DNA of 32,000 nt from Bacillus subtilis subsp. subtilis str. 168 (GTDB lineage: Bacteria > Bacillota > Bacilli > Bacillales > Bacillaceae). The stretch spans positions 2,220,001 through 2,252,000 of the forward strand of contig NC_000964.3 in NCBI RefSeq assembly GCF_000009045.1, written 5' to 3'. Below the pieces are notes generated by a model. That model was not told where the DNA came from. It made no database searches and saw only the letters and a program-made list of their open reading frames with translations. A program made the translations under genes and the position numbers. This document shows, piece after piece, positions 1 to 7,504 of the stretch (positions are counted from its first letter, which is position 1; the number at the start of each line of letters is the position of its first letter).

Positions 1-303
1 TCATGATTTTTATATACATATTTTTTATATTTGTGGTAAGTTATTTGTGTGTTGATGGATGGTATTAAGATGCCTTGTGTGCTGTTTGAATGAACAAGAA
101 TACAATTGGATTGGGAATTGATTAAGGATGCTTAGAGAGGTGTTATATTGGCTCTGAGAGCGTGTTAATGTATGAGTGTGATTAGGTGGAATGTATGATG
201 GGATCCGGTGTAAATTTTTCGTCTTCTTTCCTCAAGAAGTGAAATATGATACAAGGTAAAGCCTCCTACCAACAAAATAAAAACTTATGTTCGACTTTAT
301 TTT

Positions 304-334
304 CTAAAGAAAAGCCCCAAAATAGGGCTTGTTT
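304..334 (-). terminator. Intrinsic terminator of the minus-strand lipoprotein gene
   Basis: AAGCCC (312-317) / GGGCTT (325-330) with a 7-nt loop. Read on the minus strand it is followed by TTCTTT and lies at the stop codon of the 335-946 CDS. Confidence 0.75.
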
Positions 335-946
335 TTAATGCTCTAAGTTAATTTTTAAGTCTAGCTTGTCCCCTAAATTCTTTAAGTCCTCATTAAATGG
401 AGAAGAGATTCTCAGCCGAATTGATTCTAAATCTTTTATATCCTCTTCGTTATCAAAAACATATATGATGGATCCACTATCATTTACTTTTCCTACGTAC
501 TCGTCGAGAAGCCTGTCACTTTCCAACAATGATGGCTCATCGATTTGTACCCCAGTGCTTGTTGCTAATTGTGCTAGACTTGGTCTGAAACGAACTACTT
601 CATCAGATGTATTTTCTGATTCAATTTGAACATCAATAAAAGGTAGTTGTTCGTTGGCAACAGCGGCAATTACTTTTTTTACAGTAAATTGGATCGGGCC
701 AGTTTTCACAGTGGTTTCTTTATTGCTGATGGCCATTACTTTAGCTGTACCACCATCAATTTCATAAACATCCCCAACTTTTTCAGGACCATTAACTGAG
801 ATGTCTTGGCTTTCTGATGTGTTGGTATCAGTTGCATTGTTTGTGTCTTCTGATGATGAAGAAGACTCTTCACTATTTTTGCAAGCTGCGAGCAATATCA
901 GTGAAGTGATTAATAGTAAAATCCCCAATTTTTTAAACAATTTCAT
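335..946 (-). CDS. Putative secreted lipoprotein (YonS-like by position)
   Basis: 203-aa ORF. The N-terminus MKLFKKLGILLLITSLILLAACKN is a classic signal peptide plus lipobox (LLAAC), followed by a Ser/Thr/Glu-rich linker. Confidence 0.85.
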   Translation of the reverse strand: MKLFKKLGILLLITSLILLAACKNSEESSSSSEDTNNATDTNTSESQDISVNGPEKVGDVYEIDGGTAKVMAISNKETTVKTGPIQFTVKKVIAAVANEQLPFIDVQIESENTSDEVVRFRPSLAQLATSTGVQIDEPSLLESDRLLDEYVGKVNDSGSIIYVFDNEEDIKDLESIRLRISSPFNEDLKNLGDKLDLKINLEH

Positions 947-999
947 TTCCCCTTTTTACTCCAGTTATTTTTTCTTTTCTTTCATTTAACTTAATGGTG

Positions 1000-1016
1000 T
1001 TAAACAGTTTGTTTTC
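1000..1016 (+). promoter_or_regulatory. Candidate XRE operator A
   Basis: TTAAACAGTTTGTTTTC between the XRE stop and the lipoprotein start. It shares the 13-mer AAACAGTTTGTTT with 1509-1525. Confidence 0.5.
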
Positions 1017-1060
1017 TTTTTATTAAACAAATGTTTTACCAGAAGAATTAAGAATAGCTA

Positions 1061-1387
1061 CTAATGTTCTTCGAACTCTTTTTTTAAAAGATAATACAGT
1101 AACTCTTTAGCTTGCTCTTCCGAGATCATTCCATTATATCCAGCAATTAAAGTCTCTGGATCATTTAATATCTCATCGAGATCAAATTGTGCATGTGTGC
1201 CTTTTAGAAGAAAGTCAGTAGATACTCCTAATATATTGCTTAATTTAGTAAGGGTTTTTAAATCAGGTTCAGCCTTACCAATTTCATATTTCCCATATCC
1301 CTGTCTCGTAATTCCTAAGAAATCCGCCATCCGTTGCTGGCTATATCCTTTGGAGGTACGGCATTTTTTTAAACGTTCTCCAAACAT
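1061..1387 (-). CDS. XRE-family transcriptional repressor (YonR-like by position)
   Basis: Likely start is Met at MFGERLKKCRTSKGYSQQRMADFLGITRQGYGKYEIGKAEPDLKTLTKLSNILGVSTDFLL, a canonical HTH_XRE. GTGAGG RBS upstream of the ATG at 1387; the longer ORF to 1450 lacks a good start. Confidence 0.88.
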   Translation of the reverse strand: MFGERLKKCRTSKGYSQQRMADFLGITRQGYGKYEIGKAEPDLKTLTKLSNILGVSTDFLLKGTHAQFDLDEILNDPETLIAGYNGMISEEQAKELLYYLLKKEFEEH

Positions 1388-1508
1388 AGTAGGTTCCTCA
1401 CTTTGACAATTATTATATAAGCAAATAGTTTCGTAAACAAAAAGAAGCAAAAAGTTTCATAAAATATATCGGGAGAAACTAAAGGTTTCTTTAATTGTTA
1501 ACAGTGTA

Positions 1509-1525
1509 GAAACAAACTGTTTACA
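1509..1525 (-). promoter_or_regulatory. Candidate XRE operator B
   Basis: GAAACAAACTGTTTACA, whose reverse complement TGTAAACAGTTTGTTTC holds the same 13-mer as site A. It lies upstream of the XRE gene. Confidence 0.5.
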
Positions 1526-1986
1526 GAAGGAGATGTTGATTTGAAAAAGAGAACCTTAGTTAAAGACAAGTTGCTGACTACCTTTCAAGGCTGAGATGGT
1601 CAGTAAATACAAGGGTTATATATGAAGATATGATATAGTAATGTAAGTGGATAAGAATAAATTATGTCTTCGATTCCCTCGGATTCGTTATAAATACGAT
1701 TATTTTTAATGAATGGTTATTCATTTTTAAATTGAAAAACAATTTATTTTTTAAAAATTAATTCTTGTGTTTGACCTGGAATTATGATAGCATTGGTGCA
1801 GACCTGCCCAAGTCATTAAATGCACGTATAATGTTCCTTATACACGCATTACAATACCAATATATGGGGGTATATTTACATCTAATGGTAAAATTAAGGG
1901 AACAGATGTACCCATAGCACTTCCATTTCCACACCCTATCCAAATTTTCATTTTCCTAATTCCACCTCAAAATCACCCTTTTTCAC

Positions 1987-2211
1987 ATCGTAATCGCTAT
2001 CGTAAAAGCCTTAAATATCAACATTTTCCCCTCTTCAAATTTACTCGATTTCTTCAATATTTAGATAAAGCAACCACTTTCCCCTACTCTCACTTATGTT
2101 TTACGATCGTTTATCCCCTAATCACCATTCGATACAGCAAATCTCCTTATGTTTACTGGCTTTTTAAACTCTTTAATATTTTTTACGATAAGCATGTTTT
2201 TAGATTACGAT
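1987..2211. repeat. Cluster of five TTACGAT/ATCGTAA heptamers
   Basis: ATCGTAA at 1987-1993 and 1999-2005; TTACGAT at 2101-2107, 2183-2189 and 2205-2211, all in the non-coding region upstream of the polymerase operon. Confidence 0.55.
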
Positions 2212-2284
2212 AATCCCCCCTTCTCTAAATGCTTCAGAATTCACCTCTTAACCTGGAGCTATTAACACACTAGCGAAAAAACAA

Positions 2285-2313
2285 TAGACAAATACAAATA
2301 ATATGTATATAAT
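2285..2313 (+). promoter_or_regulatory. SigmaA-type promoter of the polymerase operon
   Basis: -35 TAGACA (2285-2290), 17-bp spacer, -10 TATAAT (2308-2313), about 26 bp upstream of the first CDS of the operon (RBS GAGGAGG). Confidence 0.75.
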
Positions 2314-2339
2314 AAATCCATAAGTGAGGAGGTGAGATA

Positions 2340-2534
2340 ATGCAAAAGGATTCAGAGAAAGTAACGTACATGTTTAGTAATTTAATTGGATTTTTAGAGA
2401 CTGCTATTATTGAAGGAACTGCTTCACAAGAAGAAAACACTCTTTATGAGGACTATAAACTATTTGGAACAATCGATAAAAAGAGCTATACATATAAAAA
2501 TCTTGTACATAAGTATCTAAAAAGCGATTATTAA
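2340..2534 (+). CDS. Small hypothetical protein preceding the RNA polymerase gene (YonP-like by position)
   Basis: 64-aa ORF with a strong RBS (GAGGAGGTG) directly downstream of the promoter. Confidence 0.75.
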   Translation: MQKDSEKVTYMFSNLIGFLETAIIEGTASQEENTLYEDYKLFGTIDKKSYTYKNLVHKYLKSDY

Positions 2535-2573
2535 ATCAAAAAATATGCATAAAAGTAATAAGGGGAGAATTTA

Positions 2574-5093
2574 TTGAAAGGAAAAAAAGACGGCCTAAAT
2601 AAACAAGTACATATTTACAGTATTGACACTTCTGCTTTTTATAATGATCAAGAAAACAAATTACATAACAAGATTTTAAAATCATATAGGTACAGAGATC
2701 ATCTCAGAAAACTTGAACATGTTGATAAAAAACATAAGAAGTACATAACGCAAAGGATTATTTCCTTAAAAGAAAAGCTTTATAACGCCTTTAACGATCA
2801 TAATCAAATAAGAACACTTAGAACAGATTCTCTGAAAGATAATAATGTGATTTCATTATTTGATTCAGTCTTAACTCGAACGCTGGGAATCAAAGAAAAC
2901 TCTCTCTCTGAAGAGATCATGGTTGTCCAAACTTATCACTTTCAAATTTTAAGGGACATTATTGATAAAGGATTCATACATAACAATGAGAAATACGTTT
3001 ATTTCACTAGCAGTGCCGGTCAAATAAGAACAAAAAAATCTTGTTTTATCAAACAAAGCACCTTAGATAAGTATCAAAATGCTTTAACTTGTGGTCTTAG
3101 TGTGGAGCATATCAATGCTCAAGGTGGAAGCAGCATAAACAAATGGAATAGCTACATGGCCTTATCGAATAGCGCCAGCAGTTCATGGGAAATTGATATT
3201 GATAAAGCAATTGTCGTAAATGACTTAGAAACAAATGTTTCCAGCCTAGTTGATTATATTGACCGGGATACATATGAAATCACACGTAAGATTATGGATA
3301 TTCCTATAGAACATACAGATGGTTGTGGAATGATGCTCCCTAGTTTGAGTCAGAAAAGCTTTATGGTCAGATTACCTTGGGTTAAGGGTCTACTTGTTCC
3401 ATTTGACTTTAGAAAGTTTGCTGAAAAACACAGTTCATTTATAGTTAAAGACGTCTACGGTAAAGAATGGGACATTATTAAAGATGATATCCAAATAATT
3501 TTTACGAAAAGCCAGTTTAAGATGTGGAAGTACTATGATTCTTGGGATGATTATCGCTATAAATTTAAAAAGTATGGATGTTTAGGAGCTAAATTAAATG
3601 AAGAAGATCCATCTGTTGAGGGAAAACTGACTTACCAGATGCTACAAACACTCACGGATATCACAGATGAGGAATTGAAACAAATCAGCTCAAAGACTGT
3701 TAGTGAGATTACTCAATTAGGCACTGATAAAGAAACAATGATGAAAGTTTTAGGGGCTACCGAGAAAAATAAACATAAGACAAGCCTTCAAGAAGCTCTA
3801 CTAATATATCCTGAGCTGCTAAATGATGATCACACCAAAGAAATCATTAAGAATAAGAAGAAGAGTATGATTAAGGACGCCAAATCAGGAAAATTACTTG
3901 TCAGTGACGCCCGGTATACATATTTATGTCCTGACCTATATGCTTTTTGTGAAAGATTGTTTCTTGGAATTGAGAGTCCAAAAGGACTACTTTCAGGAAG
4001 CGATGTCCATTGTTCTTTATATGATGAAGGGTATATTGATATCCTCCGCTCCCCTCACCTATTCAGAGAGCATGGTGTTAGGTGGAACAAGAAAAATGAG
4101 GAATATGAAAAGTGGTTCATTACCCCAGGTGTTTATACCAGCATTCATGATCCGATATCCAAGCTGCTGCAGTTTGACAATGACGGGGATAAGGCCTTAA
4201 TTATTTCTGATGAGCTAATCGTCAATATTGCCAAGCGTAATATGGCGGACATCGTTCCTTTGTATTATGAAATGTCTGTAGCCCAGAAACAAGAGATTAA
4301 TAGCAGAAACATCTATGAAGCACTAACTCTTGCTTATGGAATCAATATCGGGGAGTACAGTAACAACATCACTAAGATATGGAACAGTGACAATATAAAC
4401 CTGGACGTGATCAAATGGTTATGCATGGAGAATAACTTTACTATCGATTTTGCAAAAACCTTATTCATGCCCACCCGCCCTGATCACGTTGATGAGAAAA
4501 TCAAAGATTACATAAAAAATAAAGTGCCCCACTTCTTCATCAATGCAAAGGATAAAGAAGAACATAGCGTAGAATCGATTAATGAAAGTACAGTAAATAA
4601 GTTAGACTCCATTATCCCTTCTGACCGAATCAACTTTGCTGCAGTTGCAGGAAAATTTGATTACCGCTTCTTACTCAAAAACAAAGAGATTAAACTTAAT
4701 GAAGCCGTAATAAATGAATATAAACGTCTTGATCGAAATAAAAAATGGCTTATGAATGATGAAGAAGCTAAACCAGGACAAAAACTTTATGTCTATAAGA
4801 TTATCAAACAAAAACTATTGGAAATACATAATGATGACGGATTTATTACAGATGTATTGGTAAAACATCTATATAAGAAAAAAAGTAAATACAAATCGAC
4901 ACTGTGGGAGTGCTTTGGCGATATTGTACTGGAGAACATTAAGCATAATTTAAAGACCTTTAAAGGATGCTGTATTTGTGGAAAAGCTTTTAAGCCAACA
5001 TCTAACAAAGCGAAGTACTGTCAGTCTTGTGGAAAGAAAAAAGAACGTGACAAATACAAAAAATATAACAAAAAGAGAATTAACCACCGTTAG
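2574..5093 (+). CDS. yonO: Single-subunit DNA-dependent RNA polymerase related to multisubunit RNAP (YonO)
   Basis: 839-aa ORF, TTG start with AGGGGAG RBS. It has the catalytic-type motif [11 protein letters not shown] (4176-4190 encodes DNDGD) and a C-terminal Cys4 cluster CCICGKAF...[10 protein letters not shown]. Confidence 0.93.
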
Positions 5094-5336
5094 AAAGTGC
5101 CTTGAGCCTTACTCCCCCAAGGTGTACAGCGATTTTACCGAAAAAAACTTCAACAAAAAAGTGTCTTTATCCCTTGGTGCTACTGGGTTGAGAGCACTTT
5201 TGGAGATAATCGTCATAAGGGAGACAGAAAGCTAATTTCCACATAAAAGGGCTAGTACGTTTCCCCCGTCTATATAAAAGACAATCTTTATTGTTCATTT
5301 AGAATAAATTTAATAATACTTAGGAGGAAATTGATT

Positions 5337-5615
5337 ATGAATAAAACAGAACTAATCGCTAAAGTGGCAGAAAAACAAGGGGTATCTAAAAAAGAAGGAG
5401 CTCCCAGTGTCGAAAAAGTCTTTGACACTATTTCAGAGGCATTAAAAAGTGGAGAAAAAGTAAGTATTCCTGGTTTCGGAACATTTGAAGTTCGTGAACG
5501 CGCAGCTCGTAAAGGGAGAAATCCCCAGACAGGAGAGGAAATTGATATTCCGGCTACAAAAGCACCTGCATTTAAGCCAGCAAAAGCACTTAAAGACGCA
5601 GTCAAAGCTAAATAA
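5337..5615 (+). CDS. yonN: HU/HBsu-like DNA-binding protein (YonN)
   Basis: 92 aa: [89 protein letters not shown] is a canonical HU fold sequence. AGGAGG RBS. Confidence 0.95.
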   Translation: MNKTELIAKVAEKQGVSKKEGAPSVEKVFDTISEALKSGEKVSIPGFGTFEVRERAARKGRNPQTGEEIDIPATKAPAFKPAKALKDAVKAK

Positions 5616-7264
5616 TCAGTTAATGAGGACGACAGGAAAGGCTACCTGCACGCTTTGTCACAAAGAGCTTATGCTCCTAAAAGTGGCAGAGTTGGAAGTT
5701 ATGGAGGAAATTGTCGACCTCCCCTCTTTTCGCTTTTCATCTTCAACTCCGGGTTAATTAATTATAGTTATTTATTTATGGCATGGGGGTGCCGTCAATA
5801 ATTAGTTGATTACTGATATTTGGGATATCAGTTCTCGACTAATGTTCATTTATGAAGGTAAAGACTAATCTAAATGAATATTAGTGGAGATTCCTCTCCA
5901 GTGTGAACTAGCTTTTCTCGATTAAACAATATCTACTCCCTTCTTTTCTGTATCATTCTGACACAAAACTGCGGCTGGTCATTGCAGTTAGTCGGATAAT
6001 AGTCATTTATGAGGGTGCGAGGTTAACTCGGATGTCTGTATCTTCAGGAGACAGATAAATGGCTATTATCGGGCTAAACATGTCGGTAAGACCTTTGCTA
6101 CTCAAGTTTTTTATGTAGGGTGAATCCCATCACAGTCTTACTATGGGTGACATGTATCCCTGAATATTAATTGCGGTGTACTGCTTCGGCTTACACTTAG
6201 GGAATGTAGATGCGTCTCCCTTCCCTTTAAATAATGCCCTTGTAAGCTTCGATGCTTATTATGCGGTCAACAAAATTTTTCCGGGTAAACGAGGCTTTGA
6301 AATTACATACCCTCGTAAAATAAGTGATATGGTTTTGGGCGCTTGATCACCGCTGTCATTTCACAGAAAAGGATTATTTTCGGTCTTGCCTTTTCCTTTC
6401 ACTTAGTAACATATTCGCTACTTTTCCTTCAAGAAACTTACCTTTCCCATGCACATACCTCCTTACACGGGTCAGAGAAAACTGTGCAAAATAAATGGCG
6501 AGAGTTTGAGACGCTTTGTTTCTCAATAAGGCGTGTAACCTGACAAGAGAGACTGAAAACGCCATTGAGAAGGCTTATAATGGGTCTTTCCTTCTCATTA
6601 TTGGTGTTTCGCCACCATAATGTGTCGAGGTTTAGAGTTAGTATTTCATTGTCTGATCGAGAGTAGCCGATTAATCCCGCGTGGGGGACACTAAAGATAC
6701 CGCGATACGTCCAGCTTTGGGATTCCTTCCATTGCCGCTACTAATCAAGGCTTCACTGTGAATTCAGAGATTTTACACAGTTCTTAAATGAATTAGCTCA
6801 TCTGCCATGTGCAGAAGGAGAATCAGTTTTCGCACAGCGATTACCGGTTTATATGCTCATGTACCATGATGTACAAGGAGTTCCTGAAGACGTTATTTTG
6901 GCGTCTTTTGATATTTCGACTTACTTATAGTTTGTCAACTGCAAAGGTTTCAGTCGCTGAACCCGTAATCAGCGTAATCCCTGTCGATCTGAAGGCTTGC
7001 GTCCCAACGTGAGCTAATGACGTAGGTGAAACGGGGTTAGAATGTAATCAGAACAAGGTCATCTAAATCGTTAGAAGGCCTTTTTGTGCTTGCGTTTTAC
7101 TGATCAGCCGGAATGTGTTTACGAGCCTTCCGGTACGCAAGTTATCAATAATCTCCTTCGGGCGTTTCCCCAACGCCTATCCGACTTATCTTTCATCTCC
7201 TTTATATCCCCTTCTCGGACGTTACCGATGCTTCGGATCATCGGGCTTCCGAAGGAGCTTATTG
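5616..7264 (+). ncRNA. Candidate large structured noncoding RNA region (one or two RNAs)
   Basis: No supportable ORF over ~1.65 kb despite a dense genome. More than 20 inverted repeats, many 7-22 bp and nested (see findings). A terminator-like hairpin at 7055-7086 may divide it. Confidence 0.75.
7055..7086 (+). terminator. Terminator-like hairpin within the ncRNA region
   Basis: AAGGTC-a-TCTAA / ATCG loop / TTAGA-a-GGCCTT, followed by TTTG (CCTTTTTG): 11 bp with one A.A mismatch and a U tract. Confidence 0.6.
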
Positions 7265-7296
7265 TACGTAAATAGAAAATTATTGGAGGAATTTAA

Positions 7297-7488
7297 ATGG
7301 CAAGCAAAAAAGTACATCAAATTAATGTTAAAGGCTTTTTTGATATGGACGTAATGGAAGTTACTGAACAAACTAAAGAAGCTGAATACACATATGATTT
7401 CAAAGAAATTCTTTCAGAGTTTAATGGAAAAAATGTTTCAATTACTGTAAAAGAAGAAAATGAACTTCCTGTTAAAGGCGTTGAGTAA
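7297..7488 (+). CDS. yonK: YonK-like small protein, first CDS of the late operon
   Basis: 63 aa MASKKVHQINVKGFFDMDVMEVTEQTKEAEYTYDFKEILSEFNGKNVSITVKEENELPVKGVE. RBS TTGGAGGAA. Confidence 0.85.
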   Translation: MASKKVHQINVKGFFDMDVMEVTEQTKEAEYTYDFKEILSEFNGKNVSITVKEENELPVKGVE

Positions 7489-7504
7489 GGAGATGACTGA
7501 CTGA

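Noticed and set aside
3898-4200. Antisense or alternative-frame ORFs inside yonO, terminase and other late CDSs (e.g. 3898-4200, 11873-12091, 14481-14785, 16998-17267)
   Set aside because: They are shadows of strong coding frames without RBS support.
4978-5235. 85-aa ORF overlapping the yonO 3' end
   Set aside because: Out-of-frame overlap over the conserved Cys-cluster end of YonO, no independent RBS and low-complexity composition.
6079-6155. tRNA-like element
   Set aside because: The 7-bp outer stem is suggestive, but there is no T-arm consensus GGTTCRANYCC, no anticodon arm of proper size and no acceptor end.
5616-7264. Group I or group II intron explanation for the structured region
   Set aside because: It lies between intact genes, not inside one, has no intron-encoded protein ORF, and I recognised no group II domain V or convincing group I P/Q/R/S core. 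A covariance search is still needed.
6343-7354. Track ORFs at 6343-6543, 6374-6565, 6809-7012, 7084-7275 and 7115-7354 as genes in the gap
   Set aside because: Short, mutually overlapping in several frames, Cys/Ser/Phe-rich random-looking proteins without convincing RBSs. They overlap the RNA helices, and 7115-7354 also runs into yonK in another frame.
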